From: Telmatocola sphagniphila
GTDB lineage: Bacteria > Planctomycetota > Planctomycetia > Gemmatales > Gemmataceae
Length of the DNA stretch: 32,000 bases
Assembly: GCF_018398935.1 (NCBI RefSeq)
Contig: NZ_CP074694.1
Location: 90,001-122,000, forward strand
Direction: 5' to 3'
This document shows positions 14,984-23,645 of this stretch, piece by piece. Position numbers and translations under genes: made by a program. The number at the start of each line of letters is the position of its first letter. Within the stretch, counting starts at the first letter, position 1. The notes under the pieces are model-generated. The model was not told the origin of the DNA. It made no database searches and was given only the letters and a program-made list of their open reading frames with translations.

Positions 14984-16360
14984 CTACTTAAGGGCGTTCA
15001 GAATTCCCGCCGCTTTGTGCAATGTCTCTTCGTATTCTTTTTCCGGTTCCGAATCGGCTACTATTCCACCCCCCACCGGGAAGGACCACCATCCTTGGGT
15101 CGAGGTAATAGTACGAATCAGAATATTCGTATCCATCGTACCATCGAAACCGACGAAACCGAGAGAACCGCAGTAAAAGCCGCGAGGTATTTTTTCCAGT
15201 TCGGTGATGATCTCCATCGCCCGCACTTTGGGGGCTCCCGTCACCGATCCCCCGGGAAAGCAGTTTCTTAGAAGATGCAAGGGGGTTTGATCCGGTCGCA
15301 ACCGGCCACGCACTTCAGACACCATGTGGTGCACCGTTTCGAACGATTCGATCTCGCACACCTTGGGTACCTGCACACTTCCGTATTGGCAACTCCGGCC
15401 GATGTCGTTCCGTAACAGATCGACGATCATTACATTCTCGGCCCGATCCTTCGCACTATTGGCGAGTTCCTGAGCCCGGGCGGCATCTTCCTCTTCCGTA
15501 CTTCCACGCGGCCGGGTCCCCTTGATGGGTCGCGTCTCGACTTCTCCTTCCGAAACTTTCAGAAATCGTTCTGGGGAAGCGCTCAAGAGGGCTCCTTTTC
15601 CCAGATCGAAGTACGCCGAGAAGGGCGCGGGATTCCGCGTGCGCAAGCGTTCGTAAAGTTCCAGATTCGAGCAGGTGGCCGGATGGAACAGGGTTTGAGC
15701 AATGTTGACCTGGAAGCAATCTCCCTGATGAACGTAATCGATCGCTTGGCGCACGGCGTGGGTGAAACTGCGAAGATCGAAATTCGAAGATACTTGTCCC
15801 CGCAAAGGATAGAGCGCTGGAAGTTTTGGGTGCAGGTCGACTACGGAAGGACGATTTCCAGGGGATCCGATAGGAGTGGTCATCCAGTTGCGAATAGTAT
15901 TGAGGGAGGGGCCGCCCGGTTGGACCACGATCCAAGCTTTATCTTGAAGGTGATCCCAAGCGATCACCCAGAGATAGATTCCCACGGCAAAATCGGGCAA
16001 GGAGTGCCAATTGGGCCCGGCGGATGGCAACTCTTCCACGCAATGGGAAAGTTCGTAACCGAAAACGCCCCCCGCTCCCCCCTGGAAGGGAGGCAAGCCG
16101 GGTAAACTCTTCGCTCGGCGATTGGCCAATTGGGCGGCGACCCGAAGGAAAGGATCGCCCAGATTCTGATCGCTCCAGGAATTTTCCAGCCAGACGTGCG
16201 GTTCCCCGGCGATATAGGAATACCGGCCGCGCATCGGGTGTCTTTGCGATGAATCGAGAAAGAGTAAGCGAGAGAGGCCCCGCGAAGTGAGGCTCTGAAA
16301 TACCTGCCAGGGATCGGGCGCGGGCGATAACAATTCGGCAATAGTGGTCGCATTCGACAT
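14984..16360 (-). CDS. pabB: Aminodeoxychorismate synthase component I (PabB; chorismate-binding enzyme)
   Basis: 458 aa. Chorismate-utilising core SASPERFL, RPIKGTRPRG (the Lys of PIKGT is PabB-type rather than TrpE PIAGT), ENVMIVDLLRND, FPGGSVTGAPKVRAMEII, RGFYCGSLGF. Confidence 0.86.
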   Translation of the reverse strand: MSNATTIAELLSPAPDPWQVFQSLTSRGLSRLLFLDSSQRHPMRGRYSYIAGEPHVWLENSWSDQNLGDPFLRVAAQLANRRAKSLPGLPPFQGGAGGVFGYELSHCVEELPSAGPNWHSLPDFAVGIYLWVIAWDHLQDKAWIVVQPGGPSLNTIRNWMTTPIGSPGNRPSVVDLHPKLPALYPLRGQVSSNFDLRSFTHAVRQAIDYVHQGDCFQVNIAQTLFHPATCSNLELYERLRTRNPAPFSAYFDLGKGALLSASPERFLKVSEGEVETRPIKGTRPRGSTEEEDAARAQELANSAKDRAENVMIVDLLRNDIGRSCQYGSVQVPKVCEIESFETVHHMVSEVRGRLRPDQTPLHLLRNCFPGGSVTGAPKVRAMEIITELEKIPRGFYCGSLGFVGFDGTMDTNILIRTITSTQGWWSFPVGGGIVADSEPEKEYEETLHKAAGILNALK

Positions 16361-16661
16361 GCAGCGATTTTATGAAATTCGCAGCGTGTTCGAGTCTCCC
16401 CATTCGATTAGTTTTCCGAACGTCCGGGTTACTTCGGAAGTGTTTTCTTAAGGAAACTCTATGACAGCCTTGGCATTAAGGTGGCATCTCCGCTTTGGCA
16501 GGAAGAGGATTGCGGCTATTTCGGTAAAAGTGGCTATTTTGCTATTTCGATCAATTTGAGACTCAATTTGACCCCACTACTTTCCCGTTCTAATTTTCAA
16601 CGCACGGTATTACAGGACTACATCGCATCGGGATCTTGATATCCCATGTCAGGAATGTGAA

Positions 16662-18176
16662 ATGCTATCCCCGCAGAATCGGGTAACGGCGACTGAAACG
16701 AACCAATCCGCGATAGTGCGCGCTATTTGCATAATGCTTCTCCTCGTCCCGCCTGCGCTCCTCTGTCTGATCGCGTTTCGCACTACTGAAGGTTCCAAAC
16801 CCAAATTGATCGGTTCGGCCGTCTTTAGCGTGATGTTCGTGATTGGCTTAATCCGCGATCGCGGCGTCTGGAACGCGGCCACGGGATGGCTGGGGGTGCT
16901 TCATTTTGCGATTTGCCTGGGAGCCCTCTGGATCTCCAAAATTCCCAAAGACCTGGACTTCTGGGCGGCGAATGCGGGATTTGTCTCCCTGCCCATCATT
17001 CTTCTGTTGCTTCCCGCGGCGCAGGCTTTAACGAGTGTTCGTCGCCGGGCCCGGTTGTTTGTGAACCGTCTAGCCTCACGCTCGCACTGGCCCGAAGACT
17101 TGAACGCCTGCTCCCAACTTCCCGAGGTCCGAATCCTGCAGGGGCTTCTGGTTCAGGATGCGGAACCGGCCCTGGGAGCTCTGAGCCATCCTAAACCTCA
17201 GGTTCGACTGATCGTTCTCACTGCGCTGCAAGCTCGGGAATCCTGGCTTCCGGGTCAGGCCGAACGAGTATTTCATTGTGCCTTTTATGCTCAGGAGCCG
17301 GCCGTGCGGGCCGCCGCCCTTCGAGCGTTGGCCAATGTTCGCGATCCCTATCAGATTCAAAAGATTGCCGATTTCTGTACCGATTCTGCTCCGGAAGTTC
17401 GTTACGCGACCTTCGAAGCGCTACTTTACAATGCTGTGAGTCGCTGGCCGGAAACCCGGCGTTGGATTCACACCGCCCTGCATGATCGCCGGTTTATCGA
17501 GGATGGTCCGTTGCCTCTGGGGACCCAGATTCTGCCTTCGCAAGCTTTGGATGATATCTCCGTCTGGGCCTGCGAACCAGGGCAGACCAGTCGTCGGGCA
17601 CTACTGAGTCTGATCGTTTACTACCGAACGATGTTGCAGCGGAATCGCACTGCGGAATTGCTGAGCCGACTTTACTCGCAACTCGTCGATAGCCGCCTGC
17701 ATTCGACCTTACGCGTCGAAATTGCTTTCGTCCTTCGCGACCAGGCGGCTTTCAGTCCCGAAGTCTTACGCAAAATGATCGAGCATCACCAACCCTCGCA
17801 AATTCGTCTCCTGGCCGCCAGCGAACTTTTGAGTAACGGCTTCGACGAATCTGCACTGGAAACTTTGCGGGAAGTGGCTCGGCAGCCGAATCGGGAAATT
17901 GCTCTGGGTGTCGCTCAAGTCCTGCAGGCCACCATGCAGATCGACATGGGATTGCCGGCAAACGGGGAAGTTCCCGCGGCCAACACGCGTGCCGCCGCCG
18001 AGATTGCCCGCCGAGTGACCCTCTGGACGCAGGGCAAATGGCCCAATGGCAATCCGGAAGAAATCGATTCCAGCTACCACCAGACCCCAGCGGCTCGCAA
18101 CGGAACCACGGCCACGGTCAAACGTCCCGTGGTGAACGTTCAGATGTCCTCTCTGGATACGCCTTGGCTGGAATAG
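16662..18176 (+). CDS. Membrane protein with C-terminal HEAT/ARM-like repeats (function unknown)
   Basis: 504 aa. ATG has AGGAA 7-11 nt upstream. N-terminal hydrophobic helices (AICIMLLLVPPALLCLIAF, VFSVMFVIGLI, LGVLHFAICLGALWI, FVSLPIILLLLPAA). HEAT-like units follow (PKPQVRLIVLTALQA, EPAVRAAALRALANVRDP, SAPEVRYATFEALL, NREIALGVAQVL). Confidence 0.6.
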   Translation: MLSPQNRVTATETNQSAIVRAICIMLLLVPPALLCLIAFRTTEGSKPKLIGSAVFSVMFVIGLIRDRGVWNAATGWLGVLHFAICLGALWISKIPKDLDFWAANAGFVSLPIILLLLPAAQALTSVRRRARLFVNRLASRSHWPEDLNACSQLPEVRILQGLLVQDAEPALGALSHPKPQVRLIVLTALQARESWLPGQAERVFHCAFYAQEPAVRAAALRALANVRDPYQIQKIADFCTDSAPEVRYATFEALLYNAVSRWPETRRWIHTALHDRRFIEDGPLPLGTQILPSQALDDISVWACEPGQTSRRALLSLIVYYRTMLQRNRTAELLSRLYSQLVDSRLHSTLRVEIAFVLRDQAAFSPEVLRKMIEHHQPSQIRLLAASELLSNGFDESALETLREVARQPNREIALGVAQVLQATMQIDMGLPANGEVPAANTRAAAEIARRVTLWTQGKWPNGNPEEIDSSYHQTPAARNGTTATVKRPVVNVQMSSLDTPWLE

Positions 18177-19448
18177 TCACTCGCTGAGCCGGAACATCTT
18201 TCGAACCATTTCCGTCATAGCCGAGTTGGTCCCTTCGCGGGAAGCTTCCTTCAACGCATCAATCGGCCCATGAAGCAATTGATTCTGGAACAGTCGGAAT
18301 GCCCCTTCAATATAGGCCTTGTCGGCATCGCTCAGTTGCCCGTTCAATTTGGTGAACAAATGCGCTAACACGGCCTGCCGCTTGCTCTCGAAGTCGCTGG
18401 TCAATTTGGCGATCAAAGGGCCATTCTTCCGCCTCGACCAGTCTTCCAGAAATTTCTTTCTTTCGAGTTCGACGATCTGCTCCGCTGGCTGAATGTGCTT
18501 CTGGCGCTGTTGCAGGGTTTGTTCGCGAATGCGTTTGAGGTCATCGATGTTGAAGAGGAAAGTTCCCTCGCCGTCGTGGATAGCCGGATCAAAATCGCGA
18601 GGTACGGCAATATCCAGAATGACCAGCGATCGTCCGCCGCGTCGATGTTTGATGGTGTCGAAGCGCTTTTTCGTCACAATCATTTCCGGCGCACCCGTGG
18701 TGCTCAACACAATATCCGCTTTACTCAGGGCCTCGTCCAGTTGCTCCCAGGGGACCGCGGCTCCGCCACAGTTTTTGGCCACTTCCGCCGCTTTTTCCGG
18801 GCTGCGATTGGTCACCAGGATCTGACGGGGCTCCAGTTCCCGCAAGTGCTTGAGGGTCAACTGTCCCATTTTACCCGCACCGATCACCAGAATCGTCTTG
18901 TCATCGAAACGATCGAAGACCTGCCGGACGTAATCGACGGCGACCGAGGATACCGAAACGTGCCCCTGCGAGATGCCGGTTTCGGTACGAGCCCGCTTGG
19001 CCGCCCGCACGGCAGTGGGAAAGAGAATATTCAAAAACGGACCTGTACTACCGGCCTTGGAGGCAATTTCGTAGGCGGCCCGGACCTGAGCGGCGATTTG
19101 CCCCTCGCCCACCACCAGACTATCCAGACTTGCGGTCACCCGGAAGAGGTGCAGGACGGCCTCGCTGTTCTCCAGTGCATAGAGATGCTTGCGAATTTCC
19201 TCGGCCGGGAGTTTGTGGTATTCACTGAGTAACTGGATGATTTTTGCCGCGTCGGCTGCCTCCGGTTCCACGGGCTGAGCGACATAAACTTCCACGCGGT
19301 TGCACGTGCTGAGAATCACCGTCTCTGAACCCAGTTGCGCCGACAGATCGGCCAGCGTATCCGGCAGGGATTCTTCGCGAAACGCCAGTTTTTCTCGTAG
19401 CTCCACCGGGGCGTTCCGGTAGCTGCAGCCGACCACCCGAAAATTCAT
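18177..19448 (-). CDS. hemA: Glutamyl-tRNA reductase
   Basis: Start moved to ATG 19448 (MNFRVVGCSYRNAPVELREKLAF). HemA motifs ILSTCNRVEVY, VVGEGQI, VIGAGKMG. The ATG overlaps the upstream gene's TGA (ATGA at 19445-19448). Confidence 0.92.
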   Translation of the reverse strand: MNFRVVGCSYRNAPVELREKLAFREESLPDTLADLSAQLGSETVILSTCNRVEVYVAQPVEPEAADAAKIIQLLSEYHKLPAEEIRKHLYALENSEAVLHLFRVTASLDSLVVGEGQIAAQVRAAYEIASKAGSTGPFLNILFPTAVRAAKRARTETGISQGHVSVSSVAVDYVRQVFDRFDDKTILVIGAGKMGQLTLKHLRELEPRQILVTNRSPEKAAEVAKNCGGAAVPWEQLDEALSKADIVLSTTGAPEMIVTKKRFDTIKHRRGGRSLVILDIAVPRDFDPAIHDGEGTFLFNIDDLKRIREQTLQQRQKHIQPAEQIVELERKKFLEDWSRRKNGPLIAKLTSDFESKRQAVLAHLFTKLNGQLSDADKAYIEGAFRLFQNQLLHGPIDALKEASREGTNSAMTEMVRKMFRLSE

Positions 19449-20251
19449 TGGACACCCCCGGAGGCAACGAAGGGGTGACTGGCGAAGAGTGTCACAATGA
19501 CCAGCACGAATACTGCAATGGTCAACCACGCCAATTTCCGGGCGGGTAAGGAAGCTCGATAGCGGGCGATCATCAGGAGAGTGGCCACGACCCAAAGTCC
19601 AAAACTGCCTAAAATTTTGAAGGCCGTCCACGGAGTTTCGGGCGCCTCGGCTTTTTCGGCGCGGATAATACCGAGCAAAAGGCCGATGGTCAGCAGAGGG
19701 AACGCAATATTGATCGAACGGCGATTGATCCGTTCGAGCGTTTCCAGGCTCAGCAGCTTCATCCCGGTCAGCGGATTACGCTTTTCCCGGAGGCGGCGTG
19801 CCTGAATCAGATACATCGAACTGGTAACGAAACCGAACATGATGCACACCGAGGCGGCCAACAGTAGCCCGCCGTGGAACATTCCCCAAAAATGATGGCC
19901 CGAAAACCAGGTTCCCCCTTTGTTTTCATCGCGGAAAACAAACCAGGCCACCCAGACTAATATCAGCACCATCGGTAGGAAGAAAACCGCCCAGGCCCGG
20001 CTTCCCTTATGGAGTGAACCGTAGAGATAAAAAATTGCAAACACCCAACCGAGTAAAAGCAGCGAGCCGTAAGGCATGGCCGGAGTGGGCTGCTTGAATG
20101 CCAGGAATAGAGTATGGGCCAGTAGCCCCGCGAATGCGAAGACCAGCGTGGCGATTCGCAGCCCTTTTTTAGGCCAAATCAACTGGGCCAGTTCGAGGAG
20201 GAAAACGGCGAGATAGCTGAAGTTAAAGCAAAGATGGTCTATGCCATCCAT
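19445..20251 (-). CDS. CcsA/HemX-family (cytochrome c assembly-like) integral membrane protein
   Basis: 268 aa with ~8 hydrophobic helices. The segment LETLERINRRSINIAFPLLTIGLLLG resembles the CcsA/YpjD/HemX family but lacks a WWD heme-handling motif. Translationally coupled to hemA. Confidence 0.55.
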   Translation of the reverse strand: MDGIDHLCFNFSYLAVFLLELAQLIWPKKGLRIATLVFAFAGLLAHTLFLAFKQPTPAMPYGSLLLLGWVFAIFYLYGSLHKGSRAWAVFFLPMVLILVWVAWFVFRDENKGGTWFSGHHFWGMFHGGLLLAASVCIMFGFVTSSMYLIQARRLREKRNPLTGMKLLSLETLERINRRSINIAFPLLTIGLLLGIIRAEKAEAPETPWTAFKILGSFGLWVVATLLMIARYRASLPARKLAWLTIAVFVLVIVTLFASHPFVASGGVQ

Positions 20252-20406
20252 CGGAAATTATCCTGTACTGCGGGAGGGCGTATAAGCATTTTAGGAACTG
20301 GACCGTTGGAATAACAACGATTTGATGGGGAAGCTGGAAAGCGGCTGGCACGGAATACTCCCAGCCCGGAAGAGTATCTTCCTTTCAGACTGGAGAGTCG
20401 ATAAAT

Positions 20407-20439
20407 CGGAGACAGGAATTCTCCGGGTTTTTGGTTTTT
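20407..20439. terminator. Hairpin plus T-runs between the ABC operon and the ccsA-like/hemA operon
   Basis: CGGAGA (20407-12) / TCTCCG (20420-25) with a 7-nt loop. On the plus strand it is followed by GGTTTTTGGTTTTT. On the minus strand the hairpin begins ~32 nt after the stop codon at 20458-20460 and is followed only by ATTTAT. Confidence 0.4.
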
Positions 20440-20457
20440 CAGAAATTGATAATAGCC

Positions 20458-20970
20458 TTACTTTTCATCACTCTTCGAAACTTTCACGGCGACTCGCCAC
20501 CAACGCATGGGAGAATTGGCTCCCTGCTTGGTGATCATCTCGTTGCCTTCGATGTAGAGCTTGGTCAACTGATCAAACGATACGATGGTAGTGAACTCCC
20601 CACCCATCTCCGAAGTAATAGGCTTGCCGCCACCGAATACATTTGAGGGAGTGTGGGAGATAATCTTCGGTTTGTAGCTCACCACGACTTTTCCATTGGG
20701 CGATTGACCGAGTTGTAGGGAGCAAATGAATCCTTTCTCCCGGATTTCCTTGGTGATTTCATCAATCTCTTCATCAAATTTGTATTTCACTTCCGATTCT
20801 GCTCGGACTAATTGTTCTGCGTTGAGAATCAGCGTCGATTGAATTTTGCTGCCGATTTTTTCGCAGACGCACTCGTCAACCTTCACCTGCAACTTATAGC
20901 TGGGCTCTTCGCTACGAACAAAGTTCGCCACGGCCAGAACCGTGATGACTGTCAGAATCCAATTACGCAT
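20458..20970 (-). CDS. Small secreted protein, paralog B (unassigned family)
   Basis: 170 aa. Signal peptide MRNWILTVITVLAVANFVRS. The mature N-terminus EEPSYKLQVKV and C-terminus WRVAVKVSK are shared with the upstream paralog. Confidence 0.7.
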   Translation of the reverse strand: MRNWILTVITVLAVANFVRSEEPSYKLQVKVDECVCEKIGSKIQSTLILNAEQLVRAESEVKYKFDEEIDEITKEIREKGFICSLQLGQSPNGKVVVSYKPKIISHTPSNVFGGGKPITSEMGGEFTTIVSFDQLTKLYIEGNEMITKQGANSPMRWWRVAVKVSKSDEK

Positions 20971-21032
20971 GGGCCTACCCCGTATCGTTTCAAAACTTCC
21001 TTCTGAGATAAAAGGATTACTTCCGGTGAGAT

Positions 21033-21557
21033 TTATTTCGATTCAGCTTTAGATACCTTCACAGCGACTTTCCAGTATCTGCTCGTGCCATCCGTATTGC
21101 GTACTTTTAATTCATCACCGTCGTTGAACAGCTTCGTAATTTGATCGAGAGGAACTTCCAACTTGTGGCTAGCGGCCTGCACATCGTAGGCAGTAACGAT
21201 TTTCGAGCCTACCAATTCACTTGGCAAGTCCGCTTTAAAAGGTGTGCAAAGCGAAGGACTGAAGGTTACTTCAATTTTGCCATCCTGCAGTTTTCCGAGT
21301 CGAATGGAGGAAGTGAAACCCACGGTAGTAACCGCATGCGTAATGTCATCCACCTCTTCTTCGAAGTTAGCTTTCACATCCTGATTAGCCTTAACAATCT
21401 GTTCGGTATTCATCAGGAGTTTAGGTTTAGCTTTCGCGGTAGAATTATCCTGAGAATATTCATAAACCTTCACCTGCAATTTGTAGCTCGGCTCTTCGCA
21501 GCGGGCGAGGTTCGCCACAGCCAGAACCGTGATAACGGTCAGCATCCAATTACGCAT
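21033..21557 (-). CDS. Small secreted protein, paralog A (unassigned family)
   Basis: Start moved to ATG 21557 (AAGGAG Shine-Dalgarno about 8 nt upstream). The ORF-track start at 21602 would overlap the permease gene. Signal peptide MRNWMLTVITVLAVANLARC, then EEPSYKLQVKV ... WKVAVKVSK. Confidence 0.7.
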   Translation of the reverse strand: MRNWMLTVITVLAVANLARCEEPSYKLQVKVYEYSQDNSTAKAKPKLLMNTEQIVKANQDVKANFEEEVDDITHAVTTVGFTSSIRLGKLQDGKIEVTFSPSLCTPFKADLPSELVGSKIVTAYDVQAASHKLEVPLDQITKLFNDGDELKVRNTDGTSRYWKVAVKVSKAESK

Positions 21558-21576
21558 GGGCCTTCTCCTTTGGGTC

Positions 21577-22344
21577 TCAAACATCTTTGCGGGAAAACAC
21601 AATCATCCCCAGCAGAGTCGAAACGGCCGTGACGATTGCCGAGGTGATGAACAACTCCTGAAAAATCTGAATGCTGCCGATCCCTTTCAAGGTGGATTCC
21701 AGTTGCTTCAGCGACTTGATCGGCGACAAATAGGCTTCGGGCAGCTCTTTGAGTAAGATCCCGAGAGCCATCAGCGATATCCATAAAACCGTAATGCCAA
21801 AAACGGTGGATTGCGTCAAAGCGCCTATCGTTACTCCGATCGAAACGATTCCGAGCATCACCGCACAGATGGCCAGAATCGCCTTAAATCCCCCCTCGAT
21901 ACTCAGATCATCTTTGAAGAGAAGGTAACTGCAGAAGAAAACGATACTGCATAGGATGGTCATGGTGCCCAGTACCACAAAGCAACGGGAATGGAGTTTC
22001 GCCAGGAAGTACTGATACCGACTGATCCCGCGCGAGAGAACCGAATCGGCCAGAGTGCCGCGCTCGGAAGAAATACTGCTGACGGTCAGAATCACGATCA
22101 GCGACAGGCTACCCATAATCAGCCAGCGAAATAGATCGGTCGTCTGAATGGAAGCCTTTTGTTCCGCGCCCATTTCATTGTGCAGGCCAAACCGATAGAG
22201 CAGGTATCCTCCCATCGCCAGAACGCTGACAATGACCCAAAGCAGGTAGACCCAGCTTCGCAAAGTCTGACGTAAGTCGGTCTGCAACACGGCCCAATAA
22301 GGGAGCCAACGGCGATAAATCAGGATGGGTTCGGAAGCTTCCAT
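21577..22344 (-). CDS. ABC-2-type transporter permease
   Basis: 255 aa with six predicted hydrophobic helices. The N-terminal cytoplasmic stretch followed by a long first loop is typical of ABC-2 permeases. Sits directly downstream of the ABC ATPase on the same strand. Confidence 0.65.
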   Translation of the reverse strand: MEASEPILIYRRWLPYWAVLQTDLRQTLRSWVYLLWVIVSVLAMGGYLLYRFGLHNEMGAEQKASIQTTDLFRWLIMGSLSLIVILTVSSISSERGTLADSVLSRGISRYQYFLAKLHSRCFVVLGTMTILCSIVFFCSYLLFKDDLSIEGGFKAILAICAVMLGIVSIGVTIGALTQSTVFGITVLWISLMALGILLKELPEAYLSPIKSLKQLESTLKGIGSIQIFQELFITSAIVTAVSTLLGMIVFSRKDV

Positions 22345-22420
22345 GATCGTTTCAATTCAGCAAACGTCCTGTTTGCCCTTGAGGAAATAGACCATAATCG
22401 CCAATAGCGGTGGGTAGAAA

Positions 22421-23428
22421 TTACGCCGCTTCGGCCTGGGGCGAGTAGAGCCGGGTGAAGCCGCGCGATTCCTCTTTTTCCACCAGGTCGAGATAAGCCT
22501 GTTCGGTCTGCTGGCCGACGCTTCGAATGCTCACCAGCACAATTTTGTTTTCGTTCAGAATGTTGAATACGGAAGCGAGCAACTGGCTGTTGAGAATATC
22601 CTCGGAGAGTTTCAGATCGAGCCGGCGTTGCCGCAGTGTCACTTGCTGGATGTCCTTGATCGCTTTTAATTGGCCGACCGCTTTGGAAATCGATTTCTGG
22701 TCGCCTTCCAGATCCAGCTCATAATGATTCTTGCGGATGCGTCCCTTCAATTCCGTCAGTGTTCCCTGAAAAATCAACTTGCCCTGAGCCAGCACGGCGG
22801 CATGATTGCAGACCTCATCCACATCGCTGAGATTATGACTGCACAAAATCAGTGTCTTTTCCGAAGCGAGCTTTTTGATCAATTCCAGCATGCTACGGCG
22901 AGCTTCAATATCGAGGCCGTGGGTCGGTTCGTCCCAGATGAGCAGATCGGGCTCATTTAACAGACTCGCGGCCACTGCCAGCCGGGCGGTCATGCCAATG
23001 GAAAACTGGGAAATCGAGTTGCCCGATTCGCCGAGCAGATCGACCGCGCGAATTAGATTCGCCAATCGAGGTTTCCTAGTATCTCGCGAAAGACCGTAGA
23101 GCCGGGCCACGTAATCGAGATACGTAATCGGCGTCATTCCCTTGGGAAATTGCGGATTCGTAGGGATATAACCGATGCGACGGCGCAGCATGGCCGAATT
23201 CGGCGTCATCGGTGTCCCGAAGACGCGAACTCCCCCAGCAGTCGGACGGTGCAACCCCAAAACCAGTCGCAAAAATGTCGTTTTCCCCGCCCCGTTAGGG
23301 CCGAGCAGACCGAGCACGGAACCGGGCTCGATCGTCAATGAAACGTCATTCAGTGCAATCTGGCGATTCTGGTAAATCTTGGTGAGGTGCGTAGTCTCGA
23401 CGACAAGTTCGCTGTCGACTTCTGCCAC
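22421..23428 (-). CDS. ABC transporter ATP-binding protein with ~100-aa C-terminal extension
   Basis: 335 aa. Walker A GLLGPNGAGKTT, Q-loop, signature variant FSIGMTARL, Walker B LLIWDEPTHGLD, H-loop CSHNL. Confidence 0.9.
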   Translation of the reverse strand: MAEVDSELVVETTHLTKIYQNRQIALNDVSLTIEPGSVLGLLGPNGAGKTTFLRLVLGLHRPTAGGVRVFGTPMTPNSAMLRRRIGYIPTNPQFPKGMTPITYLDYVARLYGLSRDTRKPRLANLIRAVDLLGESGNSISQFSIGMTARLAVAASLLNEPDLLIWDEPTHGLDIEARRSMLELIKKLASEKTLILCSHNLSDVDEVCNHAAVLAQGKLIFQGTLTELKGRIRKNHYELDLEGDQKSISKAVGQLKAIKDIQQVTLRQRRLDLKLSEDILNSQLLASVFNILNENKIVLVSIRSVGQQTEQAYLDLVEKEESRGFTRLYSPQAEAA

Positions 23429-23645
23429 ACGTCTCTCCTCTGCGCGAAACCCTTCCGCGCTTCAGGCACGTATAAACCAGATAGGCTTCCTCGTCTAGTC
23501 GAACTTTCAAGCGGGGCTGGTACCCTATCTTGCAAAGTGTGCCCAGTTTAAAGAAACCTAGCTGCGATCCCGACTTTGGAAACCGGTAAATAGGCCGGTC
23601 TGTCGGAGAGTCGCAGGCGGTTTTTTCATATGATGTTGGGGATAG

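Noticed and set aside
16514-16549. Short direct repeats GGCTATTTCG / GGCTATTTT / GCTATTTCG in the pabB / HEAT-gene divergent promoter region
   Set aside because: The repeats are only 8-10 nt and AT-rich. They could be an operator, but this cannot be distinguished from chance without comparative data.
19449-19631. ORF-track 5' extension of hemA (61 residues)
   Set aside because: It lies entirely within the upstream membrane-protein gene. The canonical HemA N-terminus (MNFRVVGCSYRNAP) begins at ATG 19448.
20322-20534. 70-aa plus-strand ORF in the inter-operon region
   Set aside because: It overlaps the 3' end of paralog B on the opposite strand, has no Shine-Dalgarno sequence, and its sequence is not protein-like.
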